A stretch of 64,000 bases of DNA from contig OZ024751.1 in assembly GCA_964016885.1 (NCBI GenBank), forward strand, positions 13,640,001 through 13,704,000, written 5' to 3'. A model generated the notes under the pieces. That model saw nothing but the letters and a program-made list of their open reading frames with translations, searched no databases and was not told the origin of the DNA. The DNA is from Eledone cirrhosa. Taxonomy: Eukaryota. The translations under genes were made by a program, and so were the position numbers. Below are positions 41,094-56,894 of the stretch, piece after piece; positions within the stretch are counted from its first letter, which is position 1; each line of letters starts with the position of its first letter.

Positions 41094-41286
41094 TCCCGGG
41101 TACAGTCGGGGTTAACCACTGTTTTGACAGCTAATTCTGGACGCAATTCTGTCCAGAATTAGCCGTCGAAACGGCTTGAGCTCGGCCGTCGGGGTCCTAC
41201 TCGTTCCTATTACCCACTCTACTACCCTAAGTATTGAGTACTTTGGTGCGTTATGGTCCACCTGGTTCTTTACCACATTTCCTTCG

Positions 41287-41321
<35 letters not shown>

Positions 41322-41327
<6 letters not shown>

Positions 41328-41502
41328 ATAGAAGGAGCTTCTACAGGACTAGTACTGTTTCATTCAGATGAAATTGATGTATTTCATCTGAATGAAACAG
41401 TACTAGTCCTGTAGAAGCTCCTTCTATACAATAAATATATTTTACTCTGCCATGTATTGAGTACCTTACTTACTGTGGTTATCCCCGACTCAACCTGGGA
41501 CC
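41322..41502. mobile_element. Fold-back element with palindrome 41322-41433 and hammerhead 3' half
   Basis: About 52-bp perfect arms; GAAAC-agtacta-GTC followed by AATAAA; relatives at 18860-19000 and 39555-39700. Confidence 0.8.
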
Positions 41503-41505
41503 TAC

Positions 41506-41541
<36 letters not shown>

Positions 41542-41547
41542 GAGTCG

Positions 41548-41918
41548 CTGTTTCGAAAAAGCGGTGCGCCGAAGAAGCGGTATAAAGACATGTTAATAAA
41601 GACCATGAAAACATATAACATCAACCCCCAGCAATGGACCTGCCTGGCTGCTAACCTCAATATTTGGCGCCGCACCATCCAGCAGGCCATCAGCGCATTC
41701 GAGGCAAACCGTCGTGTAAGCCAAGTGGAGAAGAGAACCCGTCGGAAGAGCTGGGTCAGTAAAGCAAAACAAAGGCATTTCCCTTCGGTCGCTATGGGCA
41801 AATTTACCAATCTCGGATCGGTCAGATCAGACACCTATGCGCATGCACTCTGGGAGGAGAGAGTGGACCCGACCTTTAATTTAATGTATCTTCGGATCGA
41901 ACTCATCGCTATCATCAT
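41548..41918 (+). mobile_element. 3' fragment of an RTE LINE
   Basis: RKSGAPKKRYKD...NINPQQWTCLAAN...WRR...FE...KRTRRK plus decayed zinc finger and tail. Confidence 0.82.
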
Positions 41919-42026
41919 ATGTACGCATAATGTTTCTTCTCTACTACGCCCGTGCGTTAGTGGCATGAGAGAAAGCGTTGTCATTGTGCTCGATGTTGAA
42001 GTTAAACACCTGACAAACACACACAC

Positions 42027-42061
<35 letters not shown>

Positions 42062-42063
<2 letters not shown>

Positions 42064-42630
42064 GAGCAACAGGACCCGGCGTTGCACGGGGTAGGAAACG
42101 TGAAATAGCAACACGCATATGCAAAGATTGAGGAATGTAGCTGTGTACTTTTTGAATTTCCTTATTCTCAGGGAATAATTGTTCATCTACTGGAAACGTA
42201 GAACACCAGCAGGCCGAATCCAGTAGTAGCAGGGTCAGTGGGCTGATTGCGGAAATCCTGTATGCGAAAGGAGTAAGTAAGTGTTGTGGGGCGAAGTATG
42301 TCGTAAGTCTGTTCACGAATTACGTCACGGATGAGGAACACACGTCAGTCTGAAGGAGCGACGTAGTCAATTGTGTGAAAACCAAGTAGGGATGTACGTT
42401 TAAGTAGGGATATTGAGATGACAAAATCAGCGTGGCAACGCACCTGCAGCAGAAAGGGGTCATAGTGCAATTAGCACAACCGCTGGGCGGCACTGCTTGC
42501 ACTGCATTTACACAGCAACAAAGGTGCGATAAAAGGGGTCACCGCGGAATTAACACAACCGCTGTTCGGCGTACTTACGCAGGGTGTTCATATTGCGGTG
42601 TAGTGCAACAAAAGGGGTCTTAGTAGAAGT
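42062..42630 (+). mobile_element. Possible Helitron/Helentron-like non-autonomous element
   Basis: Begins in a TA tract with hairpin acccggcgttgcacgggg; boundaries uncertain. Confidence 0.4.
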
Positions 42631-43105
42631 AGCGTGAGTTTTACGTTGTCAATAACACATCAACGTACACAGGGCCCGGATTTGCGCGTGATGAAAGGAC
42701 GAAGAGTCAACAGGGCGCCTACAAAAATGTTAAGGTCCTCCTCATTTCCTCAATCCCCCGAAAATGGTCCTGCTTAAAAGTAAGTAAGTGTTGTGTCCTC
42801 TGCTAAACAAACCAAATTTTTAGCGAAATAGCATACGCTACTTACGATGTTTAAGAAGCGTTTATATTGAAAATGAAAATGGCATGTAATGCCCAATGTT
42901 AATTCGTAAATTTCCTAGAAACCATTCATGGATTCGGAAATTTTTTTGTCCACAGCAATGCAAGGGGACTACCTAATGTGTGCTGCAAATTTTGAGGAAA
43001 TCGGGTGGATTATCTTTAAGTTACGCCTCAAAAAACCTAAAAATGCCTTTAAAATATGGTTTTTCGCCTAAGCCAGAAAAAGTTAAAAATTGTTTAGCCC
43101 ATTGC

Positions 43106-43162
<57 letters not shown>

Positions 43163-43346
43163 CTATAATATATTTGGCAATATACTGTATGTTTAATTAA
43201 AAACATTTAGAAGACCATTGGCTATGAGTTTTAAAGGAGTGACTATGTCACTTATTCTCGGCAAATAACAACATACTTTTATTACCTTTACAGGCAATAT
43301 ATATTAGAATACTGTTGATGTGTGTATACATTTTGGGGGGACACCC

Positions 43347-43384
<38 letters not shown>

Positions 43385-43524
43385 TATATATTGCCTGCAT
43401 TTGCGACCGGTAGATAGTATTAGTACTCGGAAAGACCAATGGAAACATTGTTTCCTCGGTCCGATTTGACGGGCTCCACCCTACTCGTTAAGCGAATGAG
43501 GTCTGGGATCTTGTCGATCGACTG

Positions 43525-43564
<40 letters not shown>

Positions 43565-43681
43565 CAGGGTGCCCACAAAAATGTATACACACTTCAACAG
43601 CAATGTAACAAATATTGCCTGTACAGATAATCAAAGTGTGTATTCATTTTTTGGGGACACCCTGTCTATATACATACATAC

Positions 43682-44235
43682 ATGATGACTGCAGCTCGAT
43701 TTCGAGTAATGCCATCACTTGATACTTAAGCATGAGCATCAAGGACATGGCTTTTTAGTCCTGCTAGGGACTTGCCTATGGCCAGCAATACCATGCATCG
43801 CAAACAAATGTCACATTTCAAGCGATGTCACATATCAAGCTTTTTTAAGTGAGAAAAGGCTTTGCACAGGGCCAATCCCACTCCCTGAACAACGAATACA
43901 TTTACCCAAAAAGAAGAACTGGTCTACATCATTGGATGCAAACGGAGGTTTTATATAGAGTGACCTTCTCTTAGAGATGTCTTAATGAAGACTAGGAGTC
44001 TCTCGCTCTCCACCCCACCCCACCCCCACTCCCTCAAAAACGAAAAAATAACTTTATTGGATGACCATTGACTCTGCTGAGTACCTCCATCCTTTGACGG
44101 GTTTTATTAATATCCAAAATCACCTTCCTTACCAAGTAAGCTTTGTGGGGTTGCCGGTTTAGTCGCCGACGATCCCACCATGCACAGATTGTACTGGACC
44201 GCATGTTACCAGTAGGGATGAAGAGTGACCTGACA
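43682..44235 (-). mobile_element. Diverged bipartite RTE derivative
   Basis: Reverse complement aligns by eye with 8398-8597 and 40344-40918. Confidence 0.72.
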
Positions 44236-44576
44236 TCAATACATACATACATACACTAAAAGCCAAGATAGTCGCTACACAGCTGCTAAACCTGCTAGAA
44301 ATAGCAGTCAAAGCTATATTGAAACACTATCTAGAGTCTTTCAAAAAGAAATTAGGAAGAAAGGCCAAATAAGATAATATAGTCTTGAAAAAATAATAAG
44401 ATAATAAATACATAGATAAATAAATGTTGGCCACAGTTGTATTGCTTTGTTTTAGACTAAACAAAAACTATATATATATATAATAGAGGTGATTATATTG
44501 TATGTATATATATGATATAGATGATTATATTATATATATATATTATATATAGATATATATATATTATATAGATGAT

Positions 44577-44608
<32 letters not shown>

Positions 44609-44699
44609 AAACTGGGGGCGCACAGGACAATGACAACTAAAAAAAAGCAATGGAGAAACAGACAGTTCTATCTGTGAGATTTTACATATGTATATGTTT

Positions 44700-47703
<3,004 letters not shown>

Positions 47704-47773
47704 TCTCAAAAGCAATGAAAATATCTCCAATTGGATAATGGGTGTCAAAGGGTTTATGTTGGTGAAGGGGAGA

Positions 47774-47812
<39 letters not shown>

Positions 47813-48075
47813 GGGGGGAGGAAGGAGTAGGTAACTTAACATAGACCCAACATTACCACCACCCCACCACCCTTTATTGGGTGGTACATCGTTTATAATA
47901 ATTGTTTCTAACATAGGAAAAGGATCAGTAATTTTGGGTAAGGGGGGGGGGGGGAGTCAAGTTAATTAAATCGACCCCCAGTACATGACTGGTATGTTAT
48001 TTTCTCGACACCGGAAGGATGAAAGGCTCAGTTGGCCTCGGCGACATTTGACCTCAGATGGTAAAGAACCACCGA

Positions 48076-48513
48076 TTCACATTGTATACAATGCCCTTCA
48101 CATTGTATATAATGCCCTTCACATTGTATATAATGCCCTTCACATTGTATATAATGCCCTTCACATTGTATACAATGCCCTTCACATTGTATATAATGCC
48201 CTTCACATTGTATACAATGCCCTTCACATTGTATATAATGCCCTTCACATTGTATATAATGCCCTTCACATTGTATATAATGCCCTTCACATTGTATACA
48301 ATGCCCTTCACATTGTATATAATGCCCTTCACATTGTATACAATGCCCTTCACATTGTATACAATGCCCTTCACATTGTATATAATGCCCTTCACATTGT
48401 ATATAATGCCCTTCACATTGTATACAATGCCCTTCACATTGTATATAATGCCCTTCACATTGTATACAATGCCCTTCACATTGTATATAATGCCCTTCAC
48501 ATTGTTTATAATG
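48076..48513. repeat. 21-bp minisatellite, about 21 copies (ttcacattgtata(t/c)aatgccc)
   Basis: Directly visible; two variants interleaved. Confidence 0.96.
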
Positions 48514-48514
48514 G

Positions 48515-49205
48515 TTTCTGATTTAGGCAGAAGGCCAACAATTTAGGTTGAGGGGATAATCAATTAAATCTATCCCAGTATATTACTGGTAATTTATTTT
48601 ATCGACCCCGTAAGGATGAAAGGCAAAGTTAACCTCGGCGGGATTTGAACTCAGAATGGCAAGGGCCGTAACTCTTTGCGTCAAAGCATGGCGTCCGACC
48701 CTCTACCGATACTGCCAATCCTTGAATAAATAATTGTTTCTACTTTTGGCACAAGGCCGGCACAGACCCAGTGTATTACTGGTACTTTATTTTATCGACC
48801 CCGTAAGGATGAAAGGCAAAGTTAACCTCGGCGGGATTTGAACTCAGAATGGCAAAGGCCGTAACTCTTTGCGTCAAAGCATGGCGTCCGACCCTCTACC
48901 GGTACTGCCAATCCTTGAATAAATAATTGTTTCTACTTTTGGCACAAGGCCAGCACAGACCCAGTGTATTACTGGTACTTTATTTTATCGACCCCGTAAG
49001 GATGAAAGGCAAAGTTAACCTCGGCGGGATTTGAACTCAGAATGGCAAGGGCCGTAACTCTTTGCGTCAAAGCATGGCGTCCGACCCTCTACCGATACTG
49101 CCAATCCTTGAATAAATAATTGCTTCTACTTTTGGCACAAGGCCAGCAAATTACCCAGTACATTACTGGGTAATTGCTGGCCTTGTGCCAAAAGTAGAAA
49201 CAAAT
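48515..49205 (-). mobile_element. Tandem SINE array (193-bp period) ending in a SINE-tail palindrome
   Basis: ttg(t/c)ttctacttttggcacaagg at 48734, 48927, 49120; inverted tail at about 49122-49200. Confidence 0.9.
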
Positions 49206-49838
49206 GAATGAATATTACATAATTTATCTACCAAATTTCGTAGCTGTTGCTTAAACATAAATAATTTTATATATAAAGATTGCTTATTTTAAGATTCTCT
49301 TCTTTTAATATTTTCAAATATCAATACTTCCGGTTATGATACAAATGTAACTATCATAACATTCTACTATAAAGCCTAAGATTAAGTGACATTTATGTAC
49401 AGTAAGAACTAATAAATTACGAATGGAGGCAGAGAACTTGTTAAAGCGATTATTGTGGAGCAACAGAATATGTTGAAAATTGTCTACTATAAACCCCGTA
49501 ATTTTTTACGGGTACTATGCTACTATGTAATAAACGGTAATTAGCATAATTAACATTATTATAAGATTAGTATATATAAGATTTAACGTTTAATATTGTC
49601 ATAATCTGTGCAACTTAAAGTATATTTGTTGTTTAATATTATTGTTATTTTTGTCAATATTATCAAACTTGTGTGTACAAGCATTACTTATATTACAACG
49701 TACGTATATGTATGTATGTGTGTATGTATATATAAACATATATATATATATATATATGGGGGGTGCGCGCGCGCCTGTGTGCGTGCGTGCGTGCGTGCGT
49801 GCGTGCGTGTGTGTGTGTGTATGTATATATGTGTATAT

Positions 49839-50249
49839 GGGAGAGATGACCCCTTAGCCTTTGTCAAGGCAGAATTCTAGGAGAAGGAAAACTCTGATAT
49901 AACACCTGCAACTCTGATGGTATCCAATGATGTTGACTTGTTCTTCTTTTTGGTAAATATCATCTTGGTTAAGAGAGTGGGACTGGCTTTGTGCAGTGCC
50001 TTTGCTCACTATAAAAGCTTCACAGCACAGGCATTGCTTTATATCTGGAGATCTCTCTGCACTTGTCGTCACATGGTGCCATGGGCCCAGCACTATGTGT
50101 CAATAATTGTCACAAGTGTAGTGTTTGTACCAGAGTTTTCAAGTCGCTGGCTGGACTAAAAAGTCACACTCGTTCAGCGCAACGGTAGGGGTTCCCCTAC
50201 ATGGATATAAAGTAGTGGCCGTACTCGAAAACGAGTTGGCAGCCACCAT
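49839..50249 (+). mobile_element. Bipartite RTE derivative, second close copy
   Basis: Highly similar to 40512-40918. Confidence 0.85.
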
Positions 50250-50427
50250 GTGTGTATGTATATGTCTGTGTGTGTGTGTGTGTATGTATGTATATATATG
50301 TGTGTAACGGCAGCATCAACAGTTTTCCAAGAGATGTCAACATGAATGAACCTGTTATTTTTATCTAAAGACATTTTTTCCAATTCCATCTCGCCCGTCC
50401 CTTCAAACTATCTTATTTCTCATTCTT

Positions 50428-50463
50428 TCTTCTGATGAAAGACTAGCGTCCGAAACGTTAAGA
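50428..50463 (+). ncRNA. Minimal type I hammerhead ribozyme motif
   Basis: tctt-CTGATGA-aagac tagc gtcc-GAAAC-GTT-aaga; loopless palindromic stem III (AACGTT). Confidence 0.7.
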
Positions 50464-50547
50464 CCTTCTTCTTGCTATATCAAGCGTTAACCTAATATAT
50501 ACCTTCCATATACTGTACCGATTGTGTTGTTATTTCTGTTTACCTTT

Positions 50548-50644
<97 letters not shown>

Positions 50645-50684
50645 TATGCTAGTATATATATATATATATATATATACTATGCTA

Positions 50685-50722
<38 letters not shown>

Positions 50723-50899
50723 TTATATATAACGAAGGAAGTGTGGTAAGAAACCAGGTGGACCATAACGCACCAGAGTACTCAATACTTAGGGTAGTAG
50801 AGTGGGTCATAGGAAAATGTTCAAGACCCCAACGCCAGAGCTCAAGCCATTTCGACGGCTATTTCTAGACATAGTCTATATATATATATATATATATAT

Positions 50900-51197
50900 T
50901 AGAAAGTGAGGTTTTTTTTACAAAATGAAAAATAACCGAGGTGTCCTACACGAGTGAAAGTATAAAGAAAAAGAGATGAAATCGAAAATGCAACTGGAGT
51001 CTTATTTTTTTTTTTTAAATATATATTTATTTGGTTCCTTTACCGGTTTCGCAGTTCTTCTGCTTTTCAAAAGTAGATTTGAGATGGAGGATCTGTGGTT
51101 TTTCTCACAACTGCGAAACCGGTAAAGGAACCAAATAAATATATATATTTAAAAAAAAAAAATAAGACTCCAGTTGCATTTTCGATTTCATCTCTTT

Positions 51198-51201
<4 letters not shown>
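50900..51201. mobile_element. Fold-back element with about 91-bp inverted arms
   Basis: Arms 50966-51056 and 51109-51201; GAAAC-cg-GTA then AATAAA; relative at 19468-19690. Confidence 0.82.
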
Positions 51202-51267
<66 letters not shown>

Positions 51268-51403
51268 ACTATGCTATGCTTGTTTGTATTTACAAAAGAA
51301 GGGGCTTTATAACATGTAGAACAAGTTGGTGGTTAGGGTGCTTGCTTTCTCTTTACGTTTTCATAAACATCTTTTTTAGTTGTACTCCCCCCTCTCTCTC
51401 TCC

Positions 51404-51474
<71 letters not shown>

Positions 51475-51827
51475 CATATATATGTATATATATGTATATA
51501 TATATATATATGTGTGTGTGTGTATATATGTGTGTGTGTATATATATGTGTATGTGTGTGTGTATATATATGTGTGTGTGTGTGTGTATATATATATATG
51601 TTTGTGTGTGTGTATATATATAAGATGTAGTTGTGTATCTACATATATACATATTGATATATACACATAGCAATCAGTGTGAAGCAACAGGATATGTTGA
51701 CTTTAAAAAGTTCTTCCTATCATAGGTGTGCAGAGGAAGAAAATATTTTATCACTTGTCCATATCAGTCCAAGAAGATTTCTTTGTAATGTAGAAACCAT
51801 TGGATCAGATAATGGTTGGAAGGTACT

Positions 51828-52003
51828 AGAAGAAGAAGAAGAAGAAGAAGAAGAAGAAGAAGAAGAAGAAGAAGAAAAATTAAAATAAAAATTAAAATAA
51901 AAATTAAAATAAAAAAAATAAAAATAAAAATAAAAATAAAAATAAAAATAAAAATAAAAAATAAAAATAAAAATAAAAATAAAAAGAAGAAGAAGAAGAA
52001 GAA
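51828..52003. repeat. (GAA)n-(AAAAAT)n-(GAA)n
   Basis: Directly visible. Confidence 0.95.
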
Positions 52004-52217
52004 ATGTGTAGCAATTTTTACACAGGAATGGCAAAAACTATATAAATACAATGGAAATCAGAATATATACTGTGTATATATGCTGTATATACACACACAC
52101 ACACACATATATATATACAGGGTGTCCCAAAAGAATATATACACACTTCAAGAACAATCTAATAAATATTGCCTGTACAGGTAATCAAAGTGTGTATACA
52201 TTTTTGGCGACACTTTG

Positions 52218-52275
<58 letters not shown>

Positions 52276-52441
52276 CAAAGAGATATTTAATTTGTTGGTT
52301 ATTCAACAAATTTATTTATAACAGATTCGAAGCACTCTACAAGGAGTCTTCTGGAGTATAATAACAATGATATTAATACATGGAAACTACCTTTATAAAA
52401 TATGTTTTTATAAAGGTAGTCTCGATGTATTAATATCATTG

Positions 52442-52566
<125 letters not shown>

Positions 52567-52892
52567 TGTGTGTGTGTGTGTGTAAAAGGTAAACATAAAT
52601 AACACAATCGGTACAGTATATGGAAGGAATATATTAGGTTAACTCTTGAAATAGCTGGAAGAGGAACTTAACGCGGGTTGGGATTGGAAAAGATGTCTTT
52701 AGATAAAAATAATAGGTCCATTCATGGTAATACGTTTTCAAATACGGAAACAGATAATTCTAGGTGAAGAAGTTATAGAGCTAGAAATGCGAGAATTATT
52801 ACGTACAATTTTATAGAAAGGTATGAAATCCTACTATGAATTCACATAGAGCAAGAAATACTTTAAAAAATAAAGCCAAATACTGGTAACTA

Positions 52893-52971
52893 TATCATAT
52901 TTTAATTCTGATGAGTCCTAATATTGAGTTTTTAATATTAAGGGGAAACGCACGTAAATCAAAATATGATA
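52893..52971 (+). ncRNA. Type I hammerhead ribozyme motif with long stem I
   Basis: tatcatattttaatt-CTGATGA-gtcctaatatt...aatattaaggg-GAAAC-gcac-GTA-aatcaaaatatgata. Confidence 0.8.
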
Positions 52972-53092
52972 ATATGATAATTGTTTCTACTTTTGGCACA
53001 ATGCCAGCAATTGTCCAGTGCATTACTGGTACATTATTTTATCGACCCTGTAAGGATGAAAGGCAAAGTTAACCTCGGCGCGATTTGAACTA
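52972..53092 (-). mobile_element. Truncated tRNA-derived SINE inserted in the hammerhead stem I
   Basis: Family body; aatatgata repeated on both sides. Confidence 0.8.
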
Positions 53093-53313
53093 ATATGATA
53101 TAGTTAGCAGTGTTTGGCTTTATTTTTCAATGTATGTGTGTATGTGTGTGTGTGTGTCTGTGTGTGTGTGTGTGTGATGGTGTGTGTGATGGTGTGTATG
53201 TGTGATGGTGTGTGTATGTGTGTGTCTGTGGGCCAATACAGGAGAACGAGCGAAACTCAGACAGTTCCATCTCCTCTGTCAATCGCTAGATCCGTTGTTT
53301 CAGTGCTTTATAT

Positions 53314-53368
<55 letters not shown>

Positions 53369-53394
53369 GTTTCGCATCTAGAGGAAGGAGCAGA

Positions 53395-53690
53395 TATTGC
53401 AATATCCTGGGGTTCAAAGACCCTCAACTCTTTAATAATCTGCCAAGAAAATTGAACGATCTCCATGGCGTGGACGTGAATGTTTTCAAGAAATATCTTG
53501 ACACTCTGCTATCCAGGATCCCAGATGGGCCCACAGCACGGAAAGAAGGTAACCTAAGGGCAGCAGCAGAAACTCCCTCCTACATCAATGACCAGTCGAC
53601 GCAGGCTGGATATAAAACGTATAGCAACGAGGGTGGTGACCCAGCATGGCCTCAGCCGGATGGCTGGAGCAGGTAAAAGAATAAAAGAGA
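53395..53690 (+). mobile_element. 3' fragment of a CR1/L2-like LINE
   Basis: LNDLHGVDVNVFKKYLDTLLSRIPDGP...RAAA C-terminal pattern. Confidence 0.65.
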
Positions 53691-54478
53691 ACATATATAG
53701 CACACACATATATACAGCCCCCCCCTCCTCCTCCTCCTCACACACACACATTAAGAAGCCGCAACCACTGATCCCTCATCAGTGTATTTCCCCCTCTCCC
53801 TTGTGAATCACTGTGTGTGTGTGTGAGTGTATGTATATGTGTGTGAGTGAGTGTCTGTGTGTATGTGTGTGAGTGTGTCTATGTGTGTATTTGTGTGTGA
53901 GTGACTGTCTGAGTGTGTGTGTGTGTCTGTGTGTTTTTGAGTGTGTCTGTGTGTGTGGATGTCGATGTATGTGTGTATGAGTGAGTGTCTGTGTGTATGT
54001 GTGTGTGTGTGAGTGTGTGTATGTGTGTGTGAGTGAGTGTCTGTGTATGTGTGTGTGAGTGAGTGTCTGTGAGTGTGTGTCTGTGTGTGTGAGTGTGTTT
54101 GAGTGTGTGCCTGTGTGTGTGGATGTCGATGTATGTGTGTATGAGTGAGTGTCTGTGTGTGTGGGTGTGTGTGTGAGTGTGTGTATGTGTGTGTGAGTCA
54201 GTGTGTGTATGTGTATGTGAGTGAGTGTCTGTGTGTATGTGTGTGAGTGCGTGTATGTGTGTGTGAGTGAGTGTCTGTATATGTGTGTGTGAGTGTGTGT
54301 CTGTGTGTGTGAGTGTGTTTGAGTGTGTGCCTGTGTGTGTGGATGTCGATGTATGTGTGTATGTATATATGTTCGAAACCTCCTCCACTTCCACTAAGCG
54401 TGAATCTAATATAACTGTGTAAAAATTGCCTCCTGTGTTTTTGTTCGTTTCATTTCTCCACTATGTGTGTGTGTATGT

Positions 54479-54547
<69 letters not shown>

Positions 54548-54822
54548 GGGAAGACATATATGTGTGTGTGAGTATTATATCATATAAAAGATGACAGTTA
54601 CTTTTAAGTTTTAGCCTTCTGGCTCCTTTGACAGTCATGGAGATTACGATGAAGATGGCGATAGTTTCTATGAACGATATTTTATTATTATATAACATAT
54701 ATATATATATATATATATGTTGTTTTTTCACTATATGTTTTATATTGGCTTCTATTTCAGAAAACGTTTGTTTGTTTGTTATATTTTATTCCTATATAAC
54801 ATACACACGTTTTAACACATAC

Positions 54823-54856
<34 letters not shown>

Positions 54857-54894
54857 CGAGAGCGAGAGCGAGAGAGAGAGAGAGAGAGAGGGGG

Positions 54895-54965
<71 letters not shown>

Positions 54966-55060
54966 TGAGAAATAGAGAGAGAGAGAGTGAGAGAGAGAGA
55001 GAGATGTATATATAAATAAATATACAAGGGTGTATATGATTGTGTATAGAAGATTATATT

Positions 55061-55434
55061 AATAAAAAGAATTCCAACTTTGTCTGATTTACTCGTTTTA
55101 TTTACAATCCTTTAAAATTATAATGATATTATAATGAACTAGTATGGTAGAATATTAAATGTTAAGTGTTAATTGAACAAGTACTTTCATGCTTTCGCAA
55201 TTTTCAGATTTATATTGTGTGGTGACAGCCAAGTTTGTAATTTTCAGTTGAAAATTACAAACTTGGCTGTCACCACACATTATGAACCTGAAGATTGCGA
55301 AAGCATGAAAGTACTTGTTCAATTAACACTTAACATTTAATATTCTACCATACTAGTTCATTATAATATCTTTATAATTTTAAAGGATTGTAAATAAAAC
55401 GAGTAAATCAGACAAAGTTGGAATTCCTTTTATT
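55061..55434. repeat. 374-bp palindrome carrying a complete hammerhead
   Basis: About 186-bp arms, centre ttttca-gt-tgaaaa at 55247/55248. Confidence 0.95.
55283..55321 (+). ncRNA. Minimal type I hammerhead ribozyme motif
   Basis: tgaac-CTGAAGA-ttgc gaaa gcat-GAAA-gta-CTT-gttca; GNRA-capped stem II, palindromic stem III AAGTACTT. Confidence 0.8.
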
Positions 55435-55435
55435 C

Positions 55436-55465
<30 letters not shown>

Positions 55466-55468
<3 letters not shown>

Positions 55469-55835
55469 ATTGCTTCTACTTTGGGCACAAGGCCAGCAAT
55501 TACGCAATGTATTACTGGTACTTTATTTTATCGACCCCGTAAATGATGAAAGGCAAAGTTAACCTCGACGGGATTTGAACTCAGACCGTAAAGGGACGTA
55601 ACTATGCTAGAAGGCATGGCGCCCGACCCTCTATCGATACTGCCAATTCACCTGGTGGATTGGCAGTATCGGTAGAGGGTCGGGCGCCATGCTTTCTAGC
55701 ATAGAGTTACCGCCCTTGTCATTTTGAGTTCAAATCCCGCCCAGGTTAACTCTGCCTTTCATCCTTACGGGGTCGATAAAATAAAGTACCAGTAATACAC
55801 TGGATACTTGCTGGCCTTGTGCCAAAAGTAGAAAC

Positions 55836-55841
<6 letters not shown>
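55466..55841. mobile_element. Two full-length SINEs joined head-to-head
   Basis: Centre ccaattcacc-t-ggtggattgg at about 55653. Confidence 0.9.
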
Positions 55842-55920
<79 letters not shown>

Positions 55921-56029
55921 CAAATTAAAAGTTAAAGCAATAAATTTCTGCTTTCACCCTAGGCGGGATCATCTGAAAGCAGAACAGTTTATTGCTTAAA
56001 CTTTAATCTGTACTAATAAATATTTGCCC

Positions 56030-56082
<53 letters not shown>

Positions 56083-56404
56083 CCCTTATTGAGTGCTATT
56101 GGGATTTTAGTCTTTGTATTTATTATATATATATCACAGAAAAAAAGGGAATTAATGTTGCGACGAATGGAATTTATTGGACATATTTCAATCGTTTCTC
56201 TGGCGACCAGCTCGGGGCACGATCGATGTGATGATCGAACCTGACTCTGAAAATCGCAAGGTCCTCAGATACGTCTTGATTCTACTAAGCAGATTTTCCT
56301 ATGTCCTTTTACATCGATATACTTCGCCTGTCGGCTTAGAGTGCTCATACGGCCTACCGCATACAGACGCTTTAAGCATCCAACACCAATTATATATATA
56401 TATA

Positions 56405-56596
56405 TATAACGGAGGAAATGTGGTAAGGAACCAGGTGGACCATAACGCACCAAAGTACTCAATACTTAGGGTAGTAGAGTGGGTAATAGGAACGAATAGG
56501 ACCCCGACGGCTGAGCTCAAGCCGTTTCGACGGCTAATTCAGTCCAGAATTAGCCGTCGAAACGGCTTGAGCTCAGCCGTCGGGGTCCTATTCGTT

Positions 56597-56600
<4 letters not shown>
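56405..56600. mobile_element. Fold-back element with 54-bp perfect arms and hammerhead 3' half
   Basis: Arms 56487-56540 and 56547-56600; GAAAC-ggcttgagctcagcc-GTC; relatives at 41130-41290, 50728-50870, 63197-63280. Confidence 0.85.
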
Positions 56601-56647
<47 letters not shown>

Positions 56648-56810
56648 TACAAAGGGTATATACTTCCATACAAATCAAAGATTATAAAGTAAAACAAAAA
56701 ATTGATAAAACTTAAATCTATTTCTCGTACCAAATACAGAAAATATTTATTTCGTTAAAGAAAAAGAGATTTCCACTTTTATTTTTTACCTATATATATA
56801 TATATTTTTA

Positions 56811-56888
<78 letters not shown>

Positions 56889-56894
<6 letters not shown>

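Noticed and set aside
47985-48546. Heptad-repeat ORFs (HIVYNAL)n
   Set aside because: By-product of a 21-bp minisatellite
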